From assembly GCA_965243745.1 (NCBI GenBank), contig CBDEVR010000002.1, forward strand, positions 1,237,986 through 1,301,985: DNA of 64,000 nucleotides, in the 5' to 3' direction. Below, piece after piece: positions 35,394-45,918 of the stretch. The notes under the pieces were generated by a model. The model was not told the origin of the DNA. It made no database searches and saw nothing but the letters and a program-made list of their open reading frames with translations. Position 1 is the stretch's first letter. Each line of letters starts with the position of its first letter. Source of the DNA: Dehalococcoidia bacterium (lineage in GTDB: Bacteria > Chloroflexota > Dehalococcoidia > Lucifugimonadales > Australimonadaceae). Both the position numbers and the translations under genes were made by a program.

Positions 35394-37244
35394 TTATGCG
35401 CCGACGGGGACGGCGCCGTCCAACGGAGGCGCGTCGGAGGCGAAGAGCTGCTCCAGGTCAGGCCCCTCGATGCTCTCGTGGAGTATGAGGTAGCGCGCGA
35501 TCTGGACGAGCTTGGGGTAGTTCTCCAGGAGCAGGCGCTTGGCGGTGTGGTAGGCGTCCACGACGATGGTCTGCACCTCTTCGTCGATCTCCTGCGCCAC
35601 CTTCTCCGAGTAGTCCCGCTGCTCGGAGATCTCGCGTCCGAGGAAGACCATCTCCTCGCGCTTGCCGAAGGTACGCGGCAGCAGGGTCTCGCTCATGCCG
35701 TAGCGGGTGACCATGGCGCGAGCGATCTGGGTCACCTGCTCCAGGTCGTTGCTCGCGCCGGTGGTGACCTCGTTGAACGTGATCTCCTCGGCAACGCGCC
35801 CGCCCAGCGCCATCGTGATGCGGTCGACCAGCTGCGGGCGCGAGTAGAACATCCTGTCCTCTTCGGGGAGGGACTTGGTGTAGCCCGCCGCCATGCCGCG
35901 CGAGACGATGGATATCTTCTGCACGGGGTCGCCGTGCTCCAGCAGGTGCCCCACGAGCGCGTGCCCGCCCTCGTGATAGGCGACGATCTCCTTCTCCTTC
36001 TGGGAGATGACGCGCGTGCGGCGCTCCGGCCCCATCGTGACGCGGTCTATGGACTCCAGCATGTCCGACATGCTGACGGTCTTCTCGTTGCGCCGCGCAG
36101 CGAGGATGGCGGCCTCGTTCACGAGGTTGGCGAGGTCGGCGCCGCTGAAGCCCGGCGTCTGGCGGGCGAGGCGCTCCAGTTCGACGTCCTCCCCGAGCGG
36201 CTTGCCCTTGCAGTGCACCTCCAGGATGGCGACGCGCCCGTTGATGTCCGGCAGGTCCAGCACGACGCGCCGGTCGAAGCGTCCGGGGCGCAGCAGCGCC
36301 GGGTCCAGGATGTCCGGCCGGTTCGTGGCGGCGATGACGATGACGTTGGTGCTCGTCTCGAAGCCGTCCATCTCGACGAGGATCTGGTTGAGCGTCTGCT
36401 CGCGCTCGTCGTGGCCTCCGCCCAATCCCGCGCCGCGGTGCCGCCCGACGGCGTCGATCTCGTCCACGAAGACGATCGACGGCGCGTTGCGCTTCGCCTG
36501 GTCGAAGAGGTCGCGCACGCGGGACGCGCCCACGCCGACGAACATCTCGACGAACTCGGAGCCGCTGATGGAGAAGAACGGCACTCCGGCCTCCCCGGCG
36601 ACGGCCTTGCTCAGCAGCGTCTTGCCGATGCCGGGCGGACCCACCATCAGCACGCCCTTCGGGATGTGCGCTCCGAGCGCGAGGAAGCGCTCCGGGTACT
36701 TCAGGAACTCCACGACTTCGCGCAACTCCGTCTTGGATTCCTCCACCCCGGCGACGTCCGAGAACATGACCGTGGGGCGGTTACCGGTGTTCATGCGAGC
36801 ACGGCTCTTGCCGAACCCGAGCGCCTGGTTGTTGCTCCCCTGCGCCTGGCGCATCATGAAGAGCAGGATGGCCCCGAAGAAGATGAGCGGGAGGAACTGC
36901 AGCAGTATCCCGAACAGGTTGCCGAGCCCGCCGCTGCGCTTCACCTCGACGATGATCCCTTTCTCGGCAGGGTTGACCCCCGCAGACTCGAGTATCTGGA
37001 AGATGCTCGTGCCCGGTTCCTTGGTTGCGATGAGCTGCTGGTTGGTCTGGCGCGTGGTCGCGACGAGGCGGTCGCCGTCGACCGTGATGCTGGCTATCTC
37101 GCCGTTCTCTGCCTTGACGAGGATGGACGTGAGGTCGGACTCCTCGCCGCTCTGACCGGGCGAGAACAGCATGAAGAAGACGGCGATGACCGCCACGAAG
37201 ATGATGAGATAGATGAACGTGTTGCCGATCCAGCGGTTGCCCAT
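35394..37244 (-). CDS. ftsH: ATP-dependent zinc metalloprotease FtsH
   Basis: Walker A GPPGIGKT, Walker [35 protein letters not shown] zinc site. Confidence 0.97.
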   Translation of the reverse strand: MGNRWIGNTFIYLIIFVAVIAVFFMLFSPGQSGEESDLTSILVKAENGEIASITVDGDRLVATTRQTNQQLIATKEPGTSIFQILESAGVNPAEKGIIVEVKRSGGLGNLFGILLQFLPLIFFGAILLFMMRQAQGSNNQALGFGKSRARMNTGNRPTVMFSDVAGVEESKTELREVVEFLKYPERFLALGAHIPKGVLMVGPPGIGKTLLSKAVAGEAGVPFFSISGSEFVEMFVGVGASRVRDLFDQAKRNAPSIVFVDEIDAVGRHRGAGLGGGHDEREQTLNQILVEMDGFETSTNVIVIAATNRPDILDPALLRPGRFDRRVVLDLPDINGRVAILEVHCKGKPLGEDVELERLARQTPGFSGADLANLVNEAAILAARRNEKTVSMSDMLESIDRVTMGPERRTRVISQKEKEIVAYHEGGHALVGHLLEHGDPVQKISIVSRGMAAGYTKSLPEEDRMFYSRPQLVDRITMALGGRVAEEITFNEVTTGASNDLEQVTQIARAMVTRYGMSETLLPRTFGKREEMVFLGREISEQRDYSEKVAQEIDEEVQTIVVDAYHTAKRLLLENYPKLVQIARYLILHESIEGPDLEQLFASDAPPLDGAVPVGA

Positions 37245-37380
37245 CGAGTCCCTAACTCCCAGGAAACAGAACCCTGCGCCTGAATTCTAGCTTACCGCAC
37301 CGCGAGTGAACGGGCAAAGCTCGGGTGTGTCCCGCGCCTCCGTGAACCGCCCCGCCCGACGCCGGTGCGCTGGAGAGGCG

Positions 37381-37632
37381 CTAGTCCTGCGGCTCCAGTT
37401 CGAGGGGCCTGAAGTAGAGCCCCCACTTCTCCATCAGGCGGGAGACCTCCGGCGACTCCATCTTCATCAGGTCGGTGAAGAACCCGGCGATGGCGTGCGC
37501 GTGCAACTGCTCCGGCGTCGCCACCCAGCTCGCCTCCGCGGGCACCGTGTAGAGCAGCCCCGCCTGGTTCTGCGAGCGCACCTCGACGCGGGTGCCGCCC
37601 TTGTCCATCTTCACCGTGATGCCGTTCGGCAT
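37381..37632 (-). CDS. hypothetical small protein (83 aa)
   Basis: Internal ATG 37632 preceded by AGGAGG (MPNGITVKMDKGG...). No recognised family. Confidence 0.55.
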   Translation of the reverse strand: MPNGITVKMDKGGTRVEVRSQNQAGLLYTVPAEASWVATPEQLHAHAIAGFFTDLMKMESPEVSRLMEKWGLYFRPLELEPQD

Positions 37633-37753
37633 GGCCAGCCTCCTGAACTTCCCGGCTATTGTATACCCGGCCTCGAGGACCGGGACGCGCGCCGTATAAT
37701 CTCCTTCAGGGCGCACGAGGTACGCCCGTACCACTTTGCGAAGAGAGACGACG

Positions 37754-38152
37754 ATGGAGATACCCGCCGAGATACGCGACGCGATGGTGCAGCACGCATT
37801 GGAGGAAGACCCCAACGAGTGCTGCGGGATACTCGCCGGAGCGGGCGGGATCGTGATCCAGCACTACCGCATCACGAACACGGAGCGGAGCCCGTACCGC
37901 TACAGCATGGACGGGCGCGAACTCAACCAGATCCTCCGCGAACTGGACGACAACGGCTGGGAGATGCAGGTGATCTACCATTCCCACACCCACAGCCCCG
38001 CATATCCGTCCGACACCGACGTACGGCTCGCCGCGAACTGGCCGGACCCGTACTACCTGCTCGTCTCGCTCATGGACAGGCAGTCCCCGGACGTACGGCT
38101 GTTCACCATCTGGGACGGGACCGTGACCGAGGAGCCCGTCGTCATCGTCTAA
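37754..38152 (+). CDS. JAMM/MPN+ metalloprotease (Mov34/Mec-like)
   Basis: ECCGIL glutamate and HSHTHSPAYPSDTD (HxHx7SxxD) JAMM motif. Confidence 0.85.
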   Translation: MEIPAEIRDAMVQHALEEDPNECCGILAGAGGIVIQHYRITNTERSPYRYSMDGRELNQILRELDDNGWEMQVIYHSHTHSPAYPSDTDVRLAANWPDPYYLLVSLMDRQSPDVRLFTIWDGTVTEEPVVIV

Positions 38153-38979
38153 GGGTGCTCCTGGCGGCCCCGCTCGCGCAGGTGCGCGACGCGCTCCACG
38201 AACCCTGCGGTGTGCGGCTCGCGCTCCAGCACGTAGCGCACCGACGCCCCCAGCGCAGTCTCCAGTTCGTCGTGCACCGCGGCGCTCAGCGCCACCTGCG
38301 ACGCCTCCGCCACGCCACGCTCCGCGAAGTGCCGCAGCACCTTGAGCGCGTCCACGGAGAGCGGCAGCAGGGCCGGGGACGGCGCGGGACAGGCGTCGCA
38401 GACGACACCCCCGATCGCGGCGGCGTAGCGGTGGCGCTCCGGCTCGATCTCGCGACGGCACATCACGCACGAGCGCAGTTCCGGCATGAAACCCGCGTCC
38501 CGCAGCAGGCCGAGTTCCGCATGACGCGCCACGGCTGCGGGGCTGCGCCCGGCTTCGAGCGCGCGCAGCGCGTCGAGCAGCAACAGGTAGGCGTTGGGGT
38601 GCGGCGCAGCCTCCGGCAGGAGCAGGTCTGCCAGTTCCATGAGGTAGAGCGCCTCCGCCAGTTGTGACAGGTCCGCCTTCACGCCGGCGAACGACTCCGC
38701 CGACTCCGCGCCCGTGACGACGTCGAACGTGTGGCCGATGGCGATGGCGAGGTGGGCGCGGTTCAGCACGTCCAGGTGCCCGCCGAGCTTGCTGGTGAGC
38801 CTTCGCGCTCCGCGCACCGTCAGCTTGAGCTTCCCCAGCGACGGCGTGAGCACGGTCACGAGCCGGTCAGCGTCGCGCATCCGGTAGGCGCGCAGCACGA
38901 GCCCGTCCGTCTTGTAGGCGCGGGGGCGCGCTCCCGGAGGAGGTCGTTTGAGGCCGTCGTGATACGCCTGCGCTGTCAC
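38149..38979 (-). CDS. recO: DNA repair protein RecO
   Basis: OB-fold N-terminus (DGLVLRAYRMRDADRLVTVLT) and Zn motif CVMCRREI...CDAC. Confidence 0.88.
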   Translation of the reverse strand: MTAQAYHDGLKRPPPGARPRAYKTDGLVLRAYRMRDADRLVTVLTPSLGKLKLTVRGARRLTSKLGGHLDVLNRAHLAIAIGHTFDVVTGAESAESFAGVKADLSQLAEALYLMELADLLLPEAAPHPNAYLLLLDALRALEAGRSPAAVARHAELGLLRDAGFMPELRSCVMCRREIEPERHRYAAAIGGVVCDACPAPSPALLPLSVDALKVLRHFAERGVAEASQVALSAAVHDELETALGASVRYVLEREPHTAGFVERVAHLRERGRQEHP

Positions 38980-39020
38980 GCAGCCAGTTTACGACGCGCG
39001 GTCACTGTGTCGTTGGCAGG

Positions 39021-39806
39021 CTATTCGCCGCCGTGCACCGGGACGACGATGCCGTTCACGAACCCCGCGGCGTCGGAGCAGAGGAAGAGCGCCACGCTGC
39101 CGATGTCGTCGCCGACGCCGACCCTGCCGACTGCGATGCGCTCGGCCGCGGTCGCCATCTCCGGGCGCACCGTTCCCGCCGCGCGGGGCGTGTTGATGGT
39201 GCCGGGAGCGATGCAGTTCACCCGTACCTCCGGCTTCCACTGGTGGGCCATGTGGAAGGTGAGGCTGTGCACGGCGGCCTTCGCTGTTCCATACGCGGCG
39301 ATGTCAGGCGCGTTCGGGTGACGGTCCAGTCCGGAAGTGGAGCCGATGTTGACGATCGCGCCCTTGCCGAGCGCCTTCATGTGCGGCACGACGGCCCTGG
39401 AAACGAGGAAGGTGGTCTTGACGTTGCCGACGTACGCGCCAACGAAGTCGTCGCCGCTGATCTCCAGCAGCGAAGCGCGGTGGTACTGCGGCATGTCCGG
39501 GTTGCGGCTGTAGGAGCCGCCCGCGACGTTCACCAGTGCGTCGATGCGCCCGAACCGGTCGAGCGTCTGCGCGACCATGGCGTCGATCTCGTCGGGCTCG
39601 GCGACGTTCACGGCGACGCCCAGCGCCTGGGCGCCGAGCGCCTCAGCCTCCTCGACCGCAGGCGGGATGGTGTCCGCGGGCACCGACGCCACGACGACGT
39701 TGGCGCCCGCCTGCGCGAACGCGCGCACGCAGCCCCGTCCGATGCCGCCGCTGCCGCCCGTGATGATGACGGTGCGTCCTTCCATGGAGAAACGCGACAG
39801 GTCCAT
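39021..39806 (-). CDS. SDR family oxidoreductase
   Basis: TGGSGGIGRG cofactor motif and YGTAKAA catalytic YxxxK. Confidence 0.88.
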   Translation of the reverse strand: MDLSRFSMEGRTVIITGGSGGIGRGCVRAFAQAGANVVVASVPADTIPPAVEEAEALGAQALGVAVNVAEPDEIDAMVAQTLDRFGRIDALVNVAGGSYSRNPDMPQYHRASLLEISGDDFVGAYVGNVKTTFLVSRAVVPHMKALGKGAIVNIGSTSGLDRHPNAPDIAAYGTAKAAVHSLTFHMAHQWKPEVRVNCIAPGTINTPRAAGTVRPEMATAAERIAVGRVGVGDDIGSVALFLCSDAAGFVNGIVVPVHGGE

Positions 39807-39834
39807 GAAGCCCTCCCTCGTGTTCAGTCTTTCG

Positions 39835-40659
39835 CTACGTGCCGCCGTGCAGGTCCAGGTAGGAGCCGTTGAAGAACGCTCCCGCGTCGGATGCGATGAA
39901 CACCGCCGCTCCGGCGATGTCCTCGGGCCTGCCGAACCGCCCGATCTCGATCTCGGCGAGGCTGCGCGCCCGCCGGTCCGGATGTTCCGTCCGCGCGCGG
40001 CGCGGCGTGATGAAGTGTCCGGCGTTGATGCAGTTCACCCGTATGGTGGGCGACCACTCCTTCGCCATGCTGCGCGTGAGGTGCATGACCGAGGCCTTGG
40101 TCATGTTGTAGACGCTCATGCCGGTCTCCGGCAGGCGGTAGTCGCGCGCACCGACGGACGCCATGTTGATGATGACGCCGCTCCCGCGCTCCAGCATGTG
40201 CGGCACGACGGCCTGGCTGCACAGGAACGCGCTGGTGACGTTGATGTTGAACGCCTCGTTGAAATCGTGCTTGGTCAGTTCCAGGAGGGGTCCGCGCTTG
40301 AACGTCGGCCCCTGCGATCCGCCGACCACGTTCATCATGATGTCCACCTGACCGAAGCGTTCGATGGTGCGTTCGACGAGCGCCCGCACGGCGTCCGGGT
40401 CGGTCACGTCGGTGGGGACGCCGAGCGCAGCATGGCCCTTCTCCTCGATCTCCGCGACGACGCTCTCGATCTTCTCCGGCCCCCGCGCCGCGACGACGAC
40501 GTTCGCACCCGCATCGGCGAACCCGTGCGCGATCATCCTGCCGATGCCGTCGCTGCCGCCCGACACGATCGCCGTCCGTCCATCGAGTGAGAAGGCGTCC
40601 AGGCTGAACTGCGGGATGGCCGTCTCTTCGGGAAGCGCCTCGGTCATGCCTAGAACCAC
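39835..40659 (-). CDS. SDR family oxidoreductase
   Basis: SGGSDGIGRM and YNMTKAS (YxxxK). Confidence 0.85.
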   Translation of the reverse strand: MVLGMTEALPEETAIPQFSLDAFSLDGRTAIVSGGSDGIGRMIAHGFADAGANVVVAARGPEKIESVVAEIEEKGHAALGVPTDVTDPDAVRALVERTIERFGQVDIMMNVVGGSQGPTFKRGPLLELTKHDFNEAFNINVTSAFLCSQAVVPHMLERGSGVIINMASVGARDYRLPETGMSVYNMTKASVMHLTRSMAKEWSPTIRVNCINAGHFITPRRARTEHPDRRARSLAEIEIGRFGRPEDIAGAAVFIASDAGAFFNGSYLDLHGGT

Positions 40660-41165
40660 CCCTGCTCGCGGAGGACGCCGCGGAAGTACGCCACTTGGCC
40701 CACGTGCTGGATGTTGTCGTTCAGGATGGCCCCGAGCCGAGAGCCCACCGACTGCGGAGGCCTGTCCGGTATCGTGGGAGGAACGAGCCGTTCCAGGTCG
40801 TCCGGGGTGAGGCCGCGGACGATTGCTGCCGTCTTCTCCGCGACGGCCTCGAAGTAGCCCAGGAGCGTCTCCAGGTCCCTGGGGTCGAACGTGTGCACGT
40901 CTTCCGGCGTGAAGCGGGGAGGGCGGGTCTCCATCCCGAAACGTTCGGCCCAGCCGTCCGTCTCCCAGAGCGGCGGTTCGCCGGTGACGCCGGCGGTGAT
41001 GTAGTCGCGCACCCAGGTCATGTGCCAGACGATCCAGCCGATGGGGTTGCTGCCTTCGCCGCCGGGCTGGACGCGAAGCTCGTCGTAGGTCAGGCCTTCC
41101 AGGGCGCGGCGCAGGTAGCCGTCCGCCCGGTTCAGCGCGTCGAAGTAGAGGTCAACTGCGTTCAT
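40650..41165 (-). CDS. DinB family protein
   Basis: Four-helix-bundle pattern with His ligands (WIVWHMTWV, NIQHVGQVAYFRG). Confidence 0.8.
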   Translation of the reverse strand: MNAVDLYFDALNRADGYLRRALEGLTYDELRVQPGGEGSNPIGWIVWHMTWVRDYITAGVTGEPPLWETDGWAERFGMETRPPRFTPEDVHTFDPRDLETLLGYFEAVAEKTAAIVRGLTPDDLERLVPPTIPDRPPQSVGSRLGAILNDNIQHVGQVAYFRGVLREQGWF

Positions 41166-41189
41166 AAGCGTCCTTCCGCCCGGTGCAGC

Positions 41190-41717
41190 CTACCGCCGCT
41201 GCCAACCGAACCCGTCGAAGTAGCCGCGCAGGTACATCGCCTGCCCTGCGTGCTGCGTGTTGTCCGACACGATGCTCACGAGTCGCACGCCCAGGGTGGG
41301 AAGCGGGGTGTACTGCGGCTCGTTCAGTTCGCGTTTCAGGTCCTCCGGGGTGACGCCTGCCAGGTAGCGCTTCGAGCGCTCGTACACGGCGTCGTTGTAG
41401 CCGAGCAGCACGTCCGCCGAGTCCACCTGTACGGCTGCGGCTTCCTCGAGCGAGTGACCGCCGCCGGTGATGGAGTCGTCCGCCGGCATCCCGAACCGCT
41501 CGTGCCAGCCCTCGCTCGTCCACAGTTGCGGCTCGCCCGCCAAGCTTGCGAAGTGGTCATCCTGGATGCGGGTGAGGTGCCAGGCGAGCCAGGTCATCGA
41601 GTTCGAGTGGCTGTTGGGCATCCGGTTGAGGGTCTCCGCAGACGCGCCCCCGAGCGCTCGGTGCAGTAGTTGGTTGACTCTTCCGAGGCCGTCCGCGATC
41701 AGATCAGGGCCTTCCAT
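41190..41717 (-). CDS. DinB family protein (paralogue)
   Basis: WLAWHLTRIQD and NTQHAGQAMYLRG; collinear with 40650..41165. Confidence 0.8.
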   Translation of the reverse strand: MEGPDLIADGLGRVNQLLHRALGGASAETLNRMPNSHSNSMTWLAWHLTRIQDDHFASLAGEPQLWTSEGWHERFGMPADDSITGGGHSLEEAAAVQVDSADVLLGYNDAVYERSKRYLAGVTPEDLKRELNEPQYTPLPTLGVRLVSIVSDNTQHAGQAMYLRGYFDGFGWQRR

Positions 41718-41882
41718 GATTCGCTCCTCCCCGGTGTCGTTGCGTCCGGCGCGCCGCCGGAGCGTGCATCATACCCGCGCCGGGCAGAGCGGGTCGAGTG
41801 AGCGTGTTTTCCTGTCGTTCGGCGAGTGCAGGGCGGCGCTGTGGACTGTTACCATCCGCTGGTTCCGGGGAGGCGGAACAGC

Positions 41883-42422
41883 ATGGCCCAACCATCCCAG
41901 AAACGGCGAGTCGACGTTCGGGTGTTCCCCTCCTTCAGGGCGGCGGCGCCCACGGCGTCGGTGCGCCGCGCCGCCACCGCCGCCCTCGCCCTTGCCGATC
42001 CGGAGGGACGCCTCGGGGCGAGCGTCGTCGTCGCCGATGACGAGACGCTGCACGATCTGAACCTGCGCTTCCGCGGCTTCGACGAAGTGACCGACGTCCT
42101 CTCGTTCGGCGATCACGGCGCCCCTGCGGAGGACACCGCGCTCCCCGGCCCCGAGCCTTTCCCCGGCGATGGGTTCCCGCCGGTCCCCGGGGAACAGCCG
42201 AGCCTGGGTGAAGTGGTACTCTCCTTTCCCATGGCGGAACGACAGGCGCGCGAGCACAATGTGCCGGTGGAGCGGGAGGCCGCGTTGCTCGTCGTCCACG
42301 GTATCCTGCACCTGCTTGGACACGACCACGCGGAGCCGGAGGAGGAAGCAGCGATGCGCGCGATAGAGCAGCAGGCGTTGAGCGCGCTGTTCCCCTCCGG
42401 GAACGGAGCGGGAGCTTCCTGA
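41883..42422 (+). CDS. ybeY: rRNA maturation RNase YbeY
   Basis: HGILHLLGHDH zinc motif. Internal ATG 41883. Confidence 0.9.
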   Translation: MAQPSQKRRVDVRVFPSFRAAAPTASVRRAATAALALADPEGRLGASVVVADDETLHDLNLRFRGFDEVTDVLSFGDHGAPAEDTALPGPEPFPGDGFPPVPGEQPSLGEVVLSFPMAERQAREHNVPVEREAALLVVHGILHLLGHDHAEPEEEAAMRAIEQQALSALFPSGNGAGAS

Positions 42423-44326
42423 TGGCAGGCGAAGTGCTCTACAGGAAGTGGCGGCCCCCGCGCTTCTCGGACATCGTCGGACAGGGCCCCATCACGCAGA
42501 CGCTCACCCAGGCCGTCGCGCATGGCCGCACGGCACACGCCTATCTCTTCTGCGGCCCGCGCGGGACGGGCAAGACGAGCACCGCGCGCGTCCTGGCGAA
42601 GTCGCTCAACTGCACCATGCGCCCGCCGACCGTCGGCGACCCGTGCGGCGCGTGCGACAACTGCCGCGCCATAGACAACGGCAGCTTCATAGACCTGATC
42701 GAGGTCGACGCCGCCAGCAACCGCGGGATCGACGAGATACGCGACCTGCGGGAGAAGGTGCGCTTCGCCCCCACCATCGGCAGGAACAAGGTGTACATCA
42801 TCGACGAGGCGCACGCCCTCACGAACGACGCATTCAACGCGTTCCTCAAGACGCTGGAAGAGCCCCCTCCGCACAGCGTGTTCGTCCTCGCCACGACCGA
42901 GCCCGAACGCCTCCCGCCCACCATCGTCTCCCGCTGCCAGCGGTTCGATTTCCACCGCATCGCCATGCAGGACATGACGGAACGCCTGACGGGCATCGCG
43001 CAGGAGGAGGGAGTGGAGGTCTCGCCGGAGGTGCTGCGCCTCATCGGCCGCGCCTCCGGTGGGAGCCTGCGCGACGGAACGAACCTGCTGGACCAGCTCA
43101 TCACTTCGTTCGGCTCGCGCGTGAGCGTGGAACAGGCGCGTGAACTGCTCGGCATCAGCGGCGAGGAGAGCGCGCTGGCGCTCGTGAAACACCTGCTCAC
43201 CGGCAACACGGCGCAGGCCCTGGAGGTCATCAACGGCGTTGCGGACGAGGGCGTGGACCTTCGCCCGCTCCACCGCATGACGGTGGAGATGCTACGCGCG
43301 GCCCTCCTCATCAAGAGCGGCGCGGCGTCCTCCCTCGACCTCTCCCGGGACACACAGTCGCACCTGACGTTCGCCGCCGAGAGCGTGCCGCTGGAGCAGA
43401 TCATGCGCGCGCTGCGGCTCTTCGGCCGCGTCTCCTTCCGGTTCGACCAGCCGTCTCCGCTCCCACTGGAACTTGCCGCGGTCGAGCTTGGGCTGCCGCC
43501 CGAAACCCCGGCGCCCGCTCCCACTGCCGCAGCTCCTCCCGCAGCCGCCGCGCCGCGCCCCGTGCAGCCTTCGGCAGCACCTCCTGCTCCCCGCCCGGCA
43601 GCACCCGTACCCGCTCAACCTGCGCATCGCCGTCCCCCGCCGCCTCCCGCCGCTCCCGCTCCTCCGCTCGACCCCTCCGCGCCCATCGACCAGCGGCTCA
43701 TCGCACAGTGGCCGAGCATCCTCAAGTCGCTCGCTCACGTGCCCAAGAACAAGTTCCAGATCGCCGCATTGCTCCGCAGTTCGGGACACAGGGAGGTACG
43801 AGGAGACGATCTCATCGTCACGTTCCCGCACCAGTCGAACAGCGAGCGGCTGATGGGGGAACTGGAGGACCCGCGCCTCCGCATGGAGGTTGAGCGTGTG
43901 CTGCAGGAGGCGCTCGGGCAGCCGCTCACTGTCGTCGTGGCCACGGGCGAACAGCGCCCCAACGGCGAACGCTCCGGGGAGACGGCAGGCGGCCATCTCA
44001 TCCGCACCGCCGTCGGCTACGGTGGGCAAGTCATCGGCGAAGCGCCGCAAGCCGCGCCTGCACCGTCCCCGACGCCGTATGCGAACGATGTGCCACCCGC
44101 TGCGCCTGCCCCGGCCCCTGCTGCGGAGGAGACACCCGCTGTGCCTGCTGCAGAACCGTATGCCGATGACGCTCCCTCTGCTCCGGTACCGGCTTCCGAC
44201 GCAACTCCGAACGGCGCGGCGCACGTTGCCGGACCCGAACCGGAGCCCGCCGCCGTCCCCGTCTCGCCGGACGACCCCGGCGGAACGCCTGCCTACGAAC
44301 CACCTGAAGGATCGAACGATGAATAG
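42422..44326 (+). CDS. dnaX: DNA polymerase III subunit gamma/tau
   Basis: YLFCGPRGTGKTS Walker A, Zn module CGACDNC, IIDEAH, SRCQRF. Long P/A-rich linker. Confidence 0.95.
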   Translation: MAGEVLYRKWRPPRFSDIVGQGPITQTLTQAVAHGRTAHAYLFCGPRGTGKTSTARVLAKSLNCTMRPPTVGDPCGACDNCRAIDNGSFIDLIEVDAASNRGIDEIRDLREKVRFAPTIGRNKVYIIDEAHALTNDAFNAFLKTLEEPPPHSVFVLATTEPERLPPTIVSRCQRFDFHRIAMQDMTERLTGIAQEEGVEVSPEVLRLIGRASGGSLRDGTNLLDQLITSFGSRVSVEQARELLGISGEESALALVKHLLTGNTAQALEVINGVADEGVDLRPLHRMTVEMLRAALLIKSGAASSLDLSRDTQSHLTFAAESVPLEQIMRALRLFGRVSFRFDQPSPLPLELAAVELGLPPETPAPAPTAAAPPAAAAPRPVQPSAAPPAPRPAAPVPAQPAHRRPPPPPAAPAPPLDPSAPIDQRLIAQWPSILKSLAHVPKNKFQIAALLRSSGHREVRGDDLIVTFPHQSNSERLMGELEDPRLRMEVERVLQEALGQPLTVVVATGEQRPNGERSGETAGGHLIRTAVGYGGQVIGEAPQAAPAPSPTPYANDVPPAAPAPAPAAEETPAVPAAEPYADDAPSAPVPASDATPNGAAHVAGPEPEPAAVPVSPDDPGGTPAYEPPEGSNDE

Positions 44327-44621
44327 AAACATGATCAAACAGGCCCAGCAGCTCCAGGCCCGCTTCATGAAGGCCCAGGAAGAACTGGAAACCGAGACCG
44401 TCGAAGCCTCGGCGGGCGGGGGCGCCGTCAAGGTCGTCGCCACCGGCAAGCAGACCGTCCAGTCCATCTCCATAGACCCCGCCGCGGTCGACCCGGACGA
44501 CGTGGAATTGCTGCAGGACATGGTGCTTGCAGCGGTGAACGAGGCGCTCGCGAAGTCCCAGGCGCTGGCGGCGGAGCGGCTCGGCGCGCTCACCGGCGGC
44601 CTGAAGATACCGGGGATGTAG
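44319..44621 (+). CDS. ybaB: YbaB/EbfC family nucleoid-associated protein
   Basis: MNRNMIKQAQQLQARFMKAQEEL...GGGAVKVVATGKQ. Overlaps the dnaX end by 8 nt. Confidence 0.9.
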   Translation: MNRNMIKQAQQLQARFMKAQEELETETVEASAGGGAVKVVATGKQTVQSISIDPAAVDPDDVELLQDMVLAAVNEALAKSQALAAERLGALTGGLKIPGM

Positions 44622-44624
44622 CGC

Positions 44625-45257
<633 letters not shown>

Positions 45258-45334
45258 GCGCTACGCTGCTGCGACGAAGTCTCACCCAACGAGCGTGAGT
45301 TAACCGACGAGTCTAGCCGTGTCTCCTTGGATTA

Positions 45335-45376
45335 TTGATACGGGGTATTGACAGTATCGAAGGGCAGTGCTACTGT
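45335..45376 (+). promoter_or_regulatory. putative Fur/Zur operator overlapping a promoter (copy 1)
   Basis: TTGATACggGGTATTGACA contains palindrome ATAC-N3-GTAT. -35 TTGACA (45348..45353), N17, TACTGT. ATG lies 9 nt after the -10. Confidence 0.55.
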
Positions 45377-45385
45377 CTGCCAGCT

Positions 45386-45901
45386 ATGGCGACGGTTTTC
45401 ACGAAATCTGCGAGCGCGGTCATGCAGGCTGAGTCCACCCTCCTTGCGGCCTTGGAGGAGCATGGCACCCGCATGACCTGGCCACGCCGTCAACTGGCGA
45501 GGATGCTCGCTCGGCGGACCGGCGCGTTCAGCGCTGAGGAGATCGTGGCCGGATTGCCGACTCTGGGCCGGGCGACCATCTACCGCACGCTGCGCCTGCT
45601 CGGGGATGCCGGCGTCCTCTGCAAAACCACCATGCCGGACGGTTCGCCTCGCTATTCGCTGGACAACGCACAGCACCACCATCACCTCATCTGCGTCTGC
45701 TGCGGAAGCGTAGACGAATTTCGTCACCCTTCTATCGACCAGGTGCTCCGCGCCATGAATGACCATGTCGGGAGCGAACTCGTCGGGCACCGCCTTGAGC
45801 TGTACCACCGCTGCGCTATCTGTCGCGGAGAACGGCCAGAGCGGCAAAGACGGCCACGTGCACGTGGCCCGCGTGCATGCACACTGAAACTCAACGGATA
45901 G
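45386..45901 (+). CDS. Fur family transcriptional regulator (Zur-like), copy 1
   Basis: wHTH GRATIYRTLRLL. HHHHLICVCCG and CAIC (CxxC...CxxC structural Zn site). Confidence 0.85.
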   Translation: MATVFTKSASAVMQAESTLLAALEEHGTRMTWPRRQLARMLARRTGAFSAEEIVAGLPTLGRATIYRTLRLLGDAGVLCKTTMPDGSPRYSLDNAQHHHHLICVCCGSVDEFRHPSIDQVLRAMNDHVGSELVGHRLELYHRCAICRGERPERQRRPRARGPRACTLKLNG

Positions 45902-45918
45902 CTGACGGAGGTTAACGG

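Noticed and set aside
42422-44326. Programmed frameshift site in dnaX producing a gamma subunit
   Set aside because: No A-rich slippery heptamer (A AAA AAG type) is visible in the gene.
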